NCBI GenBank assembly: GCA_965204375.1
Contig: OZ241986.1
Location: forward strand, 3,808,001 to 3,872,000
DNA: 64,000 nt
From: Candidatus Latescibacterota bacterium
GTDB lineage: Bacteria; Latescibacterota; UBA2968
Reading direction: 5' to 3'
Position numbers and translations under genes: made by a program. Shown here piece by piece: positions 1 to 9,967 of the stretch; position 1 is the stretch's first letter; each line of letters starts with the position of its first letter. The notes below the pieces were generated by a model, which saw nothing but the letters and a program-made list of their open reading frames with translations, was not told where the DNA came from and did no database searches.

Positions 1-48
1 AGTGCAGTTATAAAAATATATCAAGAGTAAAAAGGCAGAATCAGCCCC

Positions 49-1104
49 TCACTTCACACCCTTCTCCATCTCCCAATACAACTGTCCACACCCGGCCGCA
101 ATATCATCTCCCTTGCTATAGCGAACAGTTGCTGTCAATTGCGCGTGAGACAAAATATCGACAAACCGATCAATTGCCTTCTGTGGAGGGCGTTCATAGC
201 GCGCATCATCAATGGGATTCCATGGTATCACATTAATTTTACATGGAATATCCCGCACGAGGTCAATCAGCCTGTGTGCATCTTCGGCTGTATCATTAAA
301 CCCGTGCAACAACACATATTCAAATGTCGCCCACCGTCTGACCTGATCGTAATAGGCCCGTACAGCGGACAGGAGTTCTGCAATAGGCCACTTGCGATTG
401 ATGGGCATAATCTCTGACCGCTGCTCATCGGTCGTCGCATTAAGCGACACAGCCAATCCAATTTTGAGTTTTTCTCTTGCCAGTTTTGCAATACCCGGCA
501 CATGACCAACCGTTGACAATGTAATGCGACGTATGCCCACAGCCGCCCCATAATCCAGATTGATCAGCCGAATAGCCCGAATCACCTGATCGAAATTCAG
601 CAGGGGTTCTCCCATCCCCATCATCACTACATGCGTCAACTCATCGCCCTCCGCACGCAAAAACCGCTGTGCGTACAACACCTGCTCAACGATCTCTGCC
701 GCCGTCAAATTGCGAATCAACCCCATGCGCGCGGTCGCACAGAACTGGCAATCGAGCGGACACCCCACCTGCGACGACACACACAGCGTGCGACGCTTGC
801 CATCCCACATCAAAACACTTTCGATGAGCCGCTTATCGGGCAACTCAAATAAAAACTTTACCGTATCTGTTGACAAAGACCTCAATTCACCAACGCAATT
901 TAATCTCAAAAGCGTAAATTGCTCATCAAACTCCGCGCGCACGGTTTTGGACAAATTCGTCATCGACTCAAAATCCGTGACGCCCTTGTTGTAGAGCCAG
1001 TCAATCAACTGCCGAGTTCTGTACCGCTCCAGACCCATATCGGACACATGCTGCGCCAACTCTTCGGGAAACAAGCCTTTGAGTTCAATTTTTTCAGCAT
1101 TCAT
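49..1104 (-). CDS. rlmN: Dual-specificity rRNA/tRNA m2A methyltransferase RlmN (radical SAM)
   Basis: CVSSQVGCPLDCQFC (CxxxCxxC), MGMGEP, FEYVLL, C-terminal IAAGCGQL. Confidence 0.97.
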   Translation of the reverse strand: MNAEKIELKGLFPEELAQHVSDMGLERYRTRQLIDWLYNKGVTDFESMTNLSKTVRAEFDEQFTLLRLNCVGELRSLSTDTVKFLFELPDKRLIESVLMWDGKRRTLCVSSQVGCPLDCQFCATARMGLIRNLTAAEIVEQVLYAQRFLRAEGDELTHVVMMGMGEPLLNFDQVIRAIRLINLDYGAAVGIRRITLSTVGHVPGIAKLAREKLKIGLAVSLNATTDEQRSEIMPINRKWPIAELLSAVRAYYDQVRRWATFEYVLLHGFNDTAEDAHRLIDLVRDIPCKINVIPWNPIDDARYERPPQKAIDRFVDILSHAQLTATVRYSKGDDIAAGCGQLYWEMEKGVK

Positions 1105-1168
1105 TGTATAACCTCACAGCAGTCAGTTGTCTATTTTCTGTTGTCAGTCCGTCCATGCCCTATTTTTC

Positions 1169-1197
1169 ATCTGCGTTCATCTGCGTCATCTGCGGAT
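1169..1197. repeat. ATCTGCGT-type short intergenic repeat
   Basis: atctgcgttcatctgcgtcatctgcggat; related copies near 14985, 18891-18947, 21944-21975 and inverted near 36761. Confidence 0.7.
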
Positions 1198-1377
1198 CAC
1201 ACTTCAATTTACCCAGCTATGCTGATCGCGTCAAGGTCACAGCGAGCGAATTACAACATATAGCAGACACAATTTTACGACCCCTATATAATGCGGTTGA
1301 CCTAAATAGCAAGATGGTTTATTGTTTGGCGCACATTCAGTCAGCAACACATCAAAGTTCACGAGGGTCCCTCCCCC

Positions 1378-2757
1378 ATGCCAGTTCGCGCTTATAAAGG
1401 TCAGCCCAAATCCCCCAAGTCACGCAAACGATGGGTCTTCTTCTGCTTACTGATATCCGTCAGTATGCTCTTCGGCCTTGGCAAAGAACCGGCAAAAGAT
1501 GAACCCATCGCAAAAATGACTAAAGAAAGCTCCGCAGAACCCGTTTCCGTTGAAGCAGATCTCATCCTGCCTCTTACCTCTCTAGGATCCAAACCCACCA
1601 GAATTGTGGGCTATATCGCCAATAATGAAAATCTCACCGAAGCCTTCATGAGCGAAGATATCTCACGCGCCGATGCTCTCGCGCTCATCGATGTGCTACA
1701 CAGAGATATTAAACGCTCCTCATTCAATCCCAATATCGTTCGGCGTGGGGATCGCTATGAACTGGTGCTCGACAGCCGCTCTACCATTCACTACCTCAAA
1801 TACACCAGGCAGAACGACCGTGAAACGCAATTTATTGTCGAACGGATAGATGGCCAACTCAAAGCCAGGCAAGAAAACCAGCCCTTGAAGCGAGAGGCCA
1901 TCATCGTATCTGGCCGCATAAAAGACAACATCTGGAACGCGCTTCGTGAAACAGGTGAAAATCCAGCCCTCCTGTGCGACAAACTCGAATACGTATTTGA
2001 ATACTATATCGACTTTTACAACGACTGCAGAACAGGCGACCAGTTTACGTTCGTCGTTGAAAAACTCTACGGCAAATCCGGTGCCTTTGTCCGTTATGGC
2101 AATATTCTCACAGCCCAATACGAAGGCGACAAAGAATCTTTTCAAGCATTTCTCTACACTGACCCCAAAGGAAACAGAAATTACTACGACGCTAAAGGCC
2201 ACTCCCTCCAGGCACTTTTCTTACGCAAACCCCTGAACTTTACCCGCATCAGTTCCCCATTTACCAACCGTAGATTTCACCCCATACTAAAAAAATACAC
2301 GCGCCATCACGGCGTGGATTACGCCGCACCTTATGGAACAAAAGTCTGGGCCATTGCCAACGGCAAGGTTGCTTTTGTCGGACGCAAAGGTCCGCTTGGC
2401 AACTATATCGAAATCGAACACAGCAATGGCTATAAAACCGGCTATGGCCATCTGAGGGGATTTGTGCGGGGGCTGAGAAAGGGACAGCGCGTCAACCAAA
2501 AACAAACCATCGGTTATGTAGGTTCAACCGGACGCTCCACAGGCCCACACTTGCACTTCAACTTTTACGCCACAGTCAATGGCAAATACAAACTGATCAA
2601 CCCAACGCGGAAAATCAATCGTCCCGCAGGCCAACCCATCTCCGAAAAATACATGGCGTATTTTCACCAGCAGCGCGACCAGTATCTCGCGCTCTTAGAT
2701 CGCAAAAACGGTTCGATTGTCACAACCGCATTGCCGACAGGGGTAGTAGCAGAGTAG
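1378..2757 (+). CDS. M23 family peptidoglycan DD-metalloendopeptidase (MepM-like)
   Basis: N-terminal hydrophobic anchor; HHGVDYAAP (HxxxD), YGHL, STGPHLHF (HxH). Confidence 0.93.
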   Translation: MPVRAYKGQPKSPKSRKRWVFFCLLISVSMLFGLGKEPAKDEPIAKMTKESSAEPVSVEADLILPLTSLGSKPTRIVGYIANNENLTEAFMSEDISRADALALIDVLHRDIKRSSFNPNIVRRGDRYELVLDSRSTIHYLKYTRQNDRETQFIVERIDGQLKARQENQPLKREAIIVSGRIKDNIWNALRETGENPALLCDKLEYVFEYYIDFYNDCRTGDQFTFVVEKLYGKSGAFVRYGNILTAQYEGDKESFQAFLYTDPKGNRNYYDAKGHSLQALFLRKPLNFTRISSPFTNRRFHPILKKYTRHHGVDYAAPYGTKVWAIANGKVAFVGRKGPLGNYIEIEHSNGYKTGYGHLRGFVRGLRKGQRVNQKQTIGYVGSTGRSTGPHLHFNFYATVNGKYKLINPTRKINRPAGQPISEKYMAYFHQQRDQYLALLDRKNGSIVTTALPTGVVAE

Positions 2758-2832
2758 AAACTTTTCTCGCCTCCCCGGATAAACAAATTCTACAACCGTG
2801 ATTACTCACGGTCTTTTTTTTAGGGTTATCTC

Positions 2833-3984
2833 ATGAAAGTCGCCTACTTCGACTGCTTTGCCGGCATCAGCGGCGACATGACCCTCGGCGCACTCGTCGA
2901 TGCGGGCCTGTCTTTTGCCGCCCTGAAATCCGAACTCGACAAACTCAGTGTGCGCGAATTCACCCTCTCCAAGCGTCGCGTGGAAAAACACGGCATTGCC
3001 GGCACCAAAATCGATGTCAACGCTCGGGAAGGCCACGTCCACCGCCACCTGAAAGACGTACTTGAAATCATCAACAACAGCGAGATATCGGCCCCTACAA
3101 AAGAAAAAGCCGCGCGCGTCTTTCAAAAACTCGCCGAAGCCGAAGCAAAAATCCACGGCACCACCATTGAAGCGGTCCACTTCCACGAAGTGGGCGCAGT
3201 AGATGCCATCGTCGATGTCGTCGGCGCTATCGTCGGCCTCGAACTCCTCGGAATCGAAGCCATCTACGCCTCCAAATTTCGATTTGGCTCGGGTCACACG
3301 CGGGGCGCACACGGGGCAATGCCCGTCCCGGTTCCCGCAGTCGTAGAAATGGCAAAAGGCTTTCCCTCTGAACGCACAGATATCCCGTATGAACTCGTCA
3401 CCCCCACCGGTGCAGCCATCCTCACGGCACTCGCCTCTAATATTGGCGAAACCATTCAGCTACGCACAGAAAGCACGGGTTATGGCGCTGGCACGCGCGA
3501 CGTCGAACAGGTACCCAACCTCCTCCGCGTTGAAATCGGCGAACTCGTCGCAGATCCCCGGACCGATTTTCCCGTTCTACTCGAAACAAATATCGACGAC
3601 ATGACCCCTGAAATTTACGGCTACCTCATCGACCGCCTGCTCGAAGCCGGTGCTCGCGACGCCTTCCTCACCCCCGTCATCATGAAAAAAGGCCGCCCAG
3701 GCATTCAACTCACCGTCCTGGCCGACCCCAACAAAGAAACCGAACTCACCGAACTCATCTTCTCAGAAACCACCACCCTCGGCATCCGCCGCCTGCCCGT
3801 TCAGCGCCACGTCCTCGAACGCCGCACAGACACCGTCCAGACCCCTTACGGTCCCGTCCGCGTCAAAATCGCCGACATCGGCGGCAAACAGCGCATCACT
3901 CCCGAATACGACGACTGCGCCCGCATCGCACGTGAAAAACAGGTACCCATTCTCGACGTTTACAAATCTGTAAATTCACTGTAG
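2833..3984 (+). CDS. larC: Nickel pincer cofactor biosynthesis protein LarC
   Basis: YFDCFAGISGDM, VHFHEVGAVDAIVD, ELVTPTGAA, ETNIDD, MKKGRPG, ETTTLGIR, PEYDD. Confidence 0.95.
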   Translation: MKVAYFDCFAGISGDMTLGALVDAGLSFAALKSELDKLSVREFTLSKRRVEKHGIAGTKIDVNAREGHVHRHLKDVLEIINNSEISAPTKEKAARVFQKLAEAEAKIHGTTIEAVHFHEVGAVDAIVDVVGAIVGLELLGIEAIYASKFRFGSGHTRGAHGAMPVPVPAVVEMAKGFPSERTDIPYELVTPTGAAILTALASNIGETIQLRTESTGYGAGTRDVEQVPNLLRVEIGELVADPRTDFPVLLETNIDDMTPEIYGYLIDRLLEAGARDAFLTPVIMKKGRPGIQLTVLADPNKETELTELIFSETTTLGIRRLPVQRHVLERRTDTVQTPYGPVRVKIADIGGKQRITPEYDDCARIAREKQVPILDVYKSVNSL

Positions 3985-3987
3985 CTA

Positions 3988-4046
3988 ACCCTCCCCCGGT
4001 CTCTCCCCGTACAGGGAAGGGGAGACATACTCTCCCCTTCCCCGTA
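3988..4046. repeat. GC-rich palindromic intergenic repeat or terminator-like hairpin
   Basis: gtctctcccc-gtacagggaa-ggggagac stem, followed by a partial copy (ctctccccttccccgtac), between convergent genes. Confidence 0.45.
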
Positions 4047-4157
4047 CTACCCTCGTAACTGTCTTGCGTCCCTTATCAATCTCTGAGAGATGATCAGCAT
4101 AACCCCGTGAAAGACCGCCATTCAAAGTTAAGCCTAAGATGCGTCTCACGGTTTGAC

Positions 4158-5630
4158 TCAATCTTCATCCTCGTAGAGCTTTTTCAGCATCCGAAGTACC
4201 TGTCTATTCTTCGGATTTAGTTCCAGAGCCTTTGCGTAATTTACGATAGCAGAAACAATTTCTCCACTCTCCATATAAGCCTCGCCCAGCCGGCTATAAA
4301 CGTTCGACGATTTGGGAAAAGCCGCTACATTTAGCTTCAAAATTTCCACGGCATCCTTGACCCTCCCTGCCCTGAGAAGTGAATACCCCAGTCTGTCCAG
4401 TTCCCGTTCGGCAAAGTTATAGACATCCGGCTGCGCTTCCTTCAGTTCGCGATACTGCTGAACCGCAGACTCAACACCCTTCTCACGCAAGGTCCTGGCA
4501 AGAACTCGAGAAATCGGCTCTTTCGGTAAATTATACGGCTGATCGTACAGGATACGGATAATTCTGCGGCTCATCTCGTCCAGCCTTGTGCCGCCCGTAT
4601 TATTGAGCAATACAATCAGGTGCCTGTCGTCAACAAGACGCGTAATGCGAGTATTAAAGCCGTTGATTCCTCCGCCGTGGGAGACTGCGTGAACGCTGTC
4701 TCTGCCTCTTCCGAGCGATATCTTCCGTACACTCCATCCATAGGCGTAATTATTCAGGTTTGGCCTGAACATCTGTTCCTTGTGCTTCCTGGAAAGCAAT
4801 TGATCGGTGTACAGTACCTGGTCCCACAGATAGAGGTCCTCTACGGTAGAGTACAGGGAGCCTGCTGAATAGGGCAGAGACATATCCAGGTAAGGTGCAT
4901 TCTCGTATCCATCAATCGTTTTTCCATATCCAGCAGCGCGTCGGCTAATCAGCGGATTGTGGTGGTCGTATCCCGTGTCGGCCATACCCACCACATCGAG
5001 TATTTGCTCCTTCAGAGCAACTTCGTACGGCTTTCCAGTCACCTGTTCGATAATCGCCCCCAGCAGGAAATATCCAGAATTATTGTACCTGTACTTTGAG
5101 CCGGGTTCGAATTCCAGATCTCCGCTACAGTATTTTTTGATAAACGGATCAACTTCGTAAGAATCTCGAGACACATCCTCGAAGAATCTGGGCAGGCCAG
5201 TGTAACTCGGGATACCCGACGTGTGCGCCAGCAGATGGTGAACCGTCACCTTCTCGCCAATATCCTCTCGGTAATACGACAGATATGCCGATACCGTGTC
5301 CTCCAGCTTCAGTTTACCGCCTTCCACCAATTGCATAATCAACATAGCTGTAAACTGCTTGGTGATGGACCCGAGCCTGAACTTCGTGTCCGTAGTGTTC
5401 GAGATATTCCACTCCATATTGGCAAGGCCGAATCCCTTCTTATAGATCACCTTCCCATTCTCAGCCACCAGCACTGTACCGTTAAACATATCGTAATCGT
5501 AGTAGCGCGTCATCAACTCCTCAATCCTGGCAGCCTTATCCTGAGCGAAACCTGAAATCGGGACCACCAATATGCCCAGCCCAGCAACCATCGCAACAGC
5601 CATCAAGCTTGACCTGAAATATGCACTCAT
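4158..5630 (-). CDS. Secreted serine hydrolase (class C beta-lactamase/AmpC-like) with C-terminal TPR
   Basis: Signal peptide; FRLGSITK (SxxK), YNN (YxN), HGGG; TPR-like NVYSRLGEAY...YAKALELNP. Confidence 0.9.
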   Translation of the reverse strand: MSAYFRSSLMAVAMVAGLGILVVPISGFAQDKAARIEELMTRYYDYDMFNGTVLVAENGKVIYKKGFGLANMEWNISNTTDTKFRLGSITKQFTAMLIMQLVEGGKLKLEDTVSAYLSYYREDIGEKVTVHHLLAHTSGIPSYTGLPRFFEDVSRDSYEVDPFIKKYCSGDLEFEPGSKYRYNNSGYFLLGAIIEQVTGKPYEVALKEQILDVVGMADTGYDHHNPLISRRAAGYGKTIDGYENAPYLDMSLPYSAGSLYSTVEDLYLWDQVLYTDQLLSRKHKEQMFRPNLNNYAYGWSVRKISLGRGRDSVHAVSHGGGINGFNTRITRLVDDRHLIVLLNNTGGTRLDEMSRRIIRILYDQPYNLPKEPISRVLARTLREKGVESAVQQYRELKEAQPDVYNFAERELDRLGYSLLRAGRVKDAVEILKLNVAAFPKSSNVYSRLGEAYMESGEIVSAIVNYAKALELNPKNRQVLRMLKKLYEDED

Positions 5631-5839
5631 TTCGATCTCCTCTGAGGGGTTATCGTATTGCCCTTCTAAAGCCTGCTTACTGTGTCAGTTTCAAAAGATG
5701 CCCAGAAATCTTCTCATAAATATCGTACCAGGGAAGTCATTTAGACTGGATGTAAGCTCAAGAATTTCCTTTACGATTATATGGTTGACTGGAGTTTCGT
5801 CTAATCTAAGGCCTTACACAAATCTGTCAACGGGCTGTC

Positions 5840-5872
5840 AAAAAAAAGGGACCAGACAATCCTGGTCCCCTT
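5840..5872 (-). terminator. Rho-independent terminator after the DUF433 gene
   Basis: Minus strand GGGACCAG-loop-CTGGTCCC followed by a T8 run. Confidence 0.75.
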
Positions 5873-5904
5873 AAAATTTACTGCCAATCCACCAGTATTC
5901 TCAT

Positions 5905-6180
5905 CTATCGTTTGCCATCCATAATCGCGTCAATATCCTCCCAGGTTACATTGGACAGTTTTGCACCAGTGGCGGCGTACTCCCGACAGGCCTGGATATC
6001 TTTCAGGGTAATGTGCGAATACCTGCGAATGATATCGGCTTCACTGCGCCCCCCATCCAGCAATTCCATGACCAGTTCCACTGAAATCCGAGTGCCTTTT
6101 ATTGTTGGTTTTCCTGCCAGAATCAACGGATCAGTGACAATGCGATCTTGCCAGATTGGATTCTTTTCTGTTTCGGCCAT
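5905..6180 (-). CDS. DUF433 family protein (antitoxin-like)
   Basis: RIVTDPLILAGKPTIKGTRISVELVME...Y.HIT..DIQAC..YA signature. Confidence 0.9.
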   Translation of the reverse strand: MAETEKNPIWQDRIVTDPLILAGKPTIKGTRISVELVMELLDGGRSEADIIRRYSHITLKDIQACREYAATGAKLSNVTWEDIDAIMDGKR

Positions 6181-6263
6181 AGCATGTCTCCTTTTTGTCC
6201 CTGGGTCTCCGCACTCCCATTACCTGAACCATTTATAAAGGCCCTGCAATGGAATTTGTCAAA

Positions 6264-6536
6264 TCAAGACCGATTCACAAACGGATCTGGATCATATTTT
6301 GAATGATTCTGTGAAATGCACTGTAGCACTTGATAGCCATCTATAACCTGCCACATATAAATTCTTCTGCATTGTGAGCACAAAAAAAGAATATTGTCGT
6401 CGTCAAGCGGATCGTAGAGTTTCTCAATCAATCTTGACTTTCCATATTTCTCATATAAAGAGTTGAGTATTTCGGGGGGAATTGCGCGCAATGCCTCTTT
6501 AGAAATCTCCGGCTTTATGCCCCAAAGGGGTTTCAA
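6264..6536 (-). CDS. Hypothetical protein with a CxxC motif
   Basis: 90-aa AT-rich ORF, FLCSQCRR; co-oriented with DUF433; no family recognised. Confidence 0.4.
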   Translation of the reverse strand: MKPLWGIKPEISKEALRAIPPEILNSLYEKYGKSRLIEKLYDPLDDDNILFLCSQCRRIYMWQVIDGYQVLQCISQNHSKYDPDPFVNRS

Positions 6537-6607
6537 ATCAAACCCACAAACGCACTGTCTATCATTGCATATATCCAGCCGACCATCAAATCAGGGCATA
6601 GGAACAG

Positions 6608-6915
6608 ATGGTGACCAAGACCAAAACAACGCGCTACGATGTCGCCGAGCACCTGCGAACGCCTAAGGAGATGGCGGCATACTTAGAAGCCTGTATTGCG
6701 GAAGCAGATGGCGACGCAGCTTTCATCGCCAAGGCATTGGGCGATATTGTCCGCGCCAGGACATGTCTCAGATCGCTAAAGATGCCGGTCTGTCCAAAAA
6801 AAGCCTGTCTAAGGCTCTGTATGGAGAGCACTCGCCGAGCTTTGATATCATCCTGAAGGTGGAGAACGCCCTGGGGCTAAAGCTATGCGCTGAAGCTGTT
6901 GAGTATAATTTGTAA
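6608..6915 (+). pseudogene. Addiction-module antidote protein (HI1420-like XRE HTH), frameshifted
   Basis: TRYDVAEHLRTPKEMAAYLEAC...ALGDIVRAR, then after a 1-nt loss near 6761 continues as MSQIAKDAGLSKKSLSKALYGEHSPSFDIILKVENALGLKL to TAA at 6915. Confidence 0.85.
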
Positions 6916-6919
6916 AAAA

Positions 6920-7001
6920 AGGAGATACCATAGGGTGTCTCCTCTGCGAAAATATCAGGTGTTCGACAAAAAAAGCACGCTCTAAACGGAACGTGCTTTT
7001 T
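6920..7001. terminator. Twin hairpins / bidirectional terminator
   Basis: aggagatacc..ggtgtctcct (6920-6943) and aaaaagcacg..cgtgcttttt (6969-7001) between convergent genes; repeated at about 8450-8532. Confidence 0.7.
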
Positions 7002-7038
7002 CATTTTTGCTTCAGATGTCACAATTTGTATGGACGGT

Positions 7039-7512
7039 TCAGTCAGTTCTGAGAGGTAATAACAAGTAAACGGCAAAGGCTCGCCGGTCCCGGACGGGAA
7101 CGCTGTTGAAACAGCGGATAACATCCTCTGCATCAGTGATGTCTTGAATAACATCAGATTTGGAAAAGGTTGCATCAGGGTCGTAATCTGCTTCGTGACG
7201 TTTTTGCTGCATATCAACGAATCGCTCTGCGAAGTCCTGAATTTCGGCCGGAAATTTGATTATATCCTGACGTTCGCAGCGTTGCCTCGCAGTTCTATGT
7301 TGCAATCCCCGGTATGCTTGACGCCATGCCGGTTGACTGCGGTGGGCACTGGGACCACCAACGAGCATATTGGCGTTGGAAGTTGCGAGACAGTGGAACA
7401 GGGCATAGTACGTCGTGCTGACAGCCCTGCGGATATTCGTCTCCCGTGTCCTACCCTTGCTGTTCGCATGAACCAAATCTCGGGCTGTTGCAATAAAATC
7501 AAGCGGTTTCAA
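7039..7512 (-). CDS. HEPN-like domain protein (putative toxin)
   Basis: RRAVSTTYYALFH and KRHEADYDP motifs typical of HEPN fold; likely TTG start at 7512 overlapping the upstream gene. Confidence 0.7.
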   Translation of the reverse strand: MKPLDFIATARDLVHANSKGRTRETNIRRAVSTTYYALFHCLATSNANMLVGGPSAHRSQPAWRQAYRGLQHRTARQRCERQDIIKFPAEIQDFAERFVDMQQKRHEADYDPDATFSKSDVIQDITDAEDVIRCFNSVPVRDRRAFAVYLLLPLRTD

Positions 7513-7852
7513 GATTCGTCTCCAGATGCAGACGCCGCCACTTGCCATACACATGCTGCCAATCGGATTTCTCAACCCATGACGGGCTGGGAAACTCTTC
7601 GATACCCGCCTCAATCAACTTCGAGCGAATGCGCCTGATGAAACTGGATGTCCAACTGGAGTCGAGTTGCTTCTGGTCACCATCGAAGACAATAATGATG
7701 CGAAGATACGTTTCGCCGCTGGCGTCAGAACCAAATTCATCGACCATGGGCACCACTACAATGGGATCGAACACGAACTCATCCGACGAGAAACGTTCCG
7801 CAATGGTCTCACGGACAATGGTTTGGACTTTCTTATTCTGTTCTCGTGTCAT
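7499..7852 (-). CDS. Hypothetical protein, putative divergent MNT-like antitoxin partner
   Basis: Overlaps the HEPN-like gene; GGGAG RBS before the start; acidic; D..G...LRIIIVFD strand. Confidence 0.55.
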   Translation of the reverse strand: MTREQNKKVQTIVRETIAERFSSDEFVFDPIVVVPMVDEFGSDASGETYLRIIIVFDGDQKQLDSSWTSSFIRRIRSKLIEAGIEEFPSPSWVEKSDWQHVYGKWRRLHLETNLETA

Positions 7853-8236
7853 CACAGTGTCTCCCTGACAAGCTAAATTATTCTTATTAGAAATTTCTAA
7901 TTCTTTACGACACAATTCGTTACTTGATCTCGTGCAGCATCCTAAATATCCGCTCCCAGAGGGGATACAATATCAACTTCCTCCAGTACTGTTCCTTTCA
8001 ATTTACCCGGCTCTTGACCCTACAATACATGATGTGTGTATAGACTAGTTCAATGCTAAGTTCATCCAAAAATTCTGTCCGAAAACTTTTTCGTATTCCT
8101 TAAAAATTAGAGTGCTCTTTCAAACAATATAGTCTAACACCAAAAAGGTGTCAACGAGCCGTATTGCGTGCTATATCTCAATGACAGAGTGACGACAAAA
8201 GCGGGTTGACACTGCTACTTGTAATGCGGTACATTG

Positions 8237-8540
8237 TCCAGCCTTGACCATCAAATCGGAGCATAGGAGCAGATGATGACCAAGACCAAAACAACGCGCT
8301 ACGATGTCGCCGAGCACTTGCGGACGCCTGAGGAGATGGCGGCATACTTAGAAGCCTGTATTGCGGAAGCAGATGGCGACGCGGCTTTCATCGCTAAAGC
8401 ACTGGACGATATTGCCCGCGCCAGGGGCAGGCCTCAGACTGATTAAAAAAGGAGATAGCAGAGGATGTCTCCTTTTCGAAAATATCAGATACTGGATTTA
8501 AAAAAGCACACTCTAAACGGAACGTGCTTTTTAATTTTTT
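8237..8540 (+). repeat. Direct repeat unit copy 2
   Basis: High similarity to 6574-7008 except that the HTH-coding part is deleted. Confidence 0.9.
8273..8446 (+). pseudogene. Truncated second copy of the antidote gene
   Basis: MMTKTKTTRYDVAEHLRTPEEMAAYLEACIAEADGDAAFIAKALDDIARARGRPQTD*; HTH half missing. Confidence 0.85.
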
Positions 8541-8563
8541 CAAAAATACTATTCAGCAGAACT

Positions 8564-9967
8564 TCAGTACCGTGTTTCTACGTAAATTGCTGCCCGCCCG
8601 GAACAGGGATAGCCGGACTTGTCCTTGTGGGGATTAAGCCGGGAGGTCCTTTTCTTCCGGGTGAAGTGCTTGCCGCAATAAGCGCATTCATAGATATAGC
8701 GCGGACCGCTGGTCCGACTTACCCGTCTGCGTCTTGGTCGAGACCTGCGCGTTGACCGTCGGGTAGCAGTCGGCGGAATAATAGCTGGACCCTGCGGAGT
8801 CAGTTCCACTGCATGGCGCGGGATAAAACTTTGTCTGGTCGTCTGCGCGCCCTGGATGCGATCAATGCGGTAGCTGCGAAGCTCACCATTGGAGACCCTT
8901 ATGGCGTACAGAACGATATTGCCAACACGAGTACGCCGCAGGGAATAAGGCTCAATCCGCCGGGTAGATCCCCGGTACTTCAGATCCACGCACAAATGGT
9001 TGGCGGCGGCAAAGCGGATGATCTCCAAGAATGACTGGGCGGCACGAGAGACCGATAGGCGCAGTGTGCGTTCTCTGAGCACGGTTTCACCGACAGCCAT
9101 CTGATAAGTGGCTGGCACAAGGGGCGCTACGCCAGTTTCAAGCCAGGCAAAGAAATCGGGAAGTACGCTCCAGAAAGATTCGACAGGCGGCAGAGCCTGA
9201 AGCTGGTGGGCCAGCATCGATTGCCAAGAACCTTCAAGAATGTCCCTGTGCATCTCCAGTTCGGCAAAGGTCGGAACAGGGATACTGCGGTGAGTACATT
9301 TTTGCTTCAGAACATCGTACAAGATAGCGGACTGCGGCCGCGCTTCGGTATTGCGAAACAGATTGACGACATCATAGAGGTCGCGGGGCCGGGCACGTTC
9401 ACCCAGAGCGCGGACCTTTTCAGCAAAGGCTTCCTCATAGGCGTAGCACCTGACAGTGACTCCCTCTGCCGGCACATCGCTGTAGTCGTGAAAGATGACA
9501 TGTTCCGCTGGCGGCAGAACAAGAAGCTCATCAAGTGTCAAATCAAGTTTGATGCGCGGTAAACCACCCGAGCGCGGAGCGATCGGTCCCCGGTAGCTGA
9601 GTTTACCCTGACAGGACACAGTGCCGCGCGGGTTTTCAAAGACCTCGAATGCCTGTAATTCTTCGGGAATCTCAATGCCGGTTCCCTCATAGATCCATTC
9701 GCCGATTTCGCGGAAGGCATCGACCAGGAACTCTTGATCAATGCGAGAGGGATCGGTAAGTGTAAAATCAAGGTCTTCGGAGAATCGGTAAGTTTCAAAA
9801 TAGCACTTCTTAAGACAAGTCCCACCCTTAAAAATCCAGTTTTCTGCGAGAGCGGCGTGCTGATAGATACCAGCGAGAACCCAGCCGAGTACATAATCCT
9901 TTTCGACAACCTGGGGCAGCAAGCCAAGGGCACTCGCGATATCGAGAATTTCGCGGCGGTCAATCAT
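8564..9967 (-). CDS. AbiEii/AbiGii nucleotidyltransferase toxin fused to a WYL domain and a C-terminal zinc-finger-like tail
   Basis: VEKDY, FKGGTCLKK.Y...YRFSEDLDFT, AEKVRAL..R.RPRDLYD; WYL-like RRIEPYSL...RSYRIDRI; CAYC..H..C tail; ATGA overlap with the upstream gene. Confidence 0.9.
   Translation of the reverse strand: MIDRREILDIASALGLLPQVVEKDYVLGWVLAGIYQHAALAENWIFKGGTCLKKCYFETYRFSEDLDFTLTDPSRIDQEFLVDAFREIGEWIYEGTGIEIPEELQAFEVFENPRGTVSCQGKLSYRGPIAPRSGGLPRIKLDLTLDELLVLPPAEHVIFHDYSDVPAEGVTVRCYAYEEAFAEKVRALGERARPRDLYDVVNLFRNTEARPQSAILYDVLKQKCTHRSIPVPTFAELEMHRDILEGSWQSMLAHQLQALPPVESFWSVLPDFFAWLETGVAPLVPATYQMAVGETVLRERTLRLSVSRAAQSFLEIIRFAAANHLCVDLKYRGSTRRIEPYSLRRTRVGNIVLYAIRVSNGELRSYRIDRIQGAQTTRQSFIPRHAVELTPQGPAIIPPTATRRSTRRSRPRRRRVSRTSGPRYIYECAYCGKHFTRKKRTSRLNPHKDKSGYPCSGRAAIYVETRY

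Larger units (their letters stand above)
6574..7008 (+). repeat. Direct repeat unit copy 1 (leader + antidote gene + twin hairpins)
   Basis: Matches 8237-8540 from tccagcc..gaccatcaaatc through aaaaagcac.ctctaaacggaacgtgcttttt. Confidence 0.9.

Noticed and set aside
4158-5630. Antibiotic-resistance beta-lactamase
   Set aside because: The SxxK/YxN/HGG + TPR architecture fits the broad serine hydrolase/peptidase family; nothing indicates resistance.
6768-7217. 149-aa minus-strand ORF and 8465-8755 plus-strand ORF
   Set aside because: They run across terminator hairpins and overlap better-supported genes.
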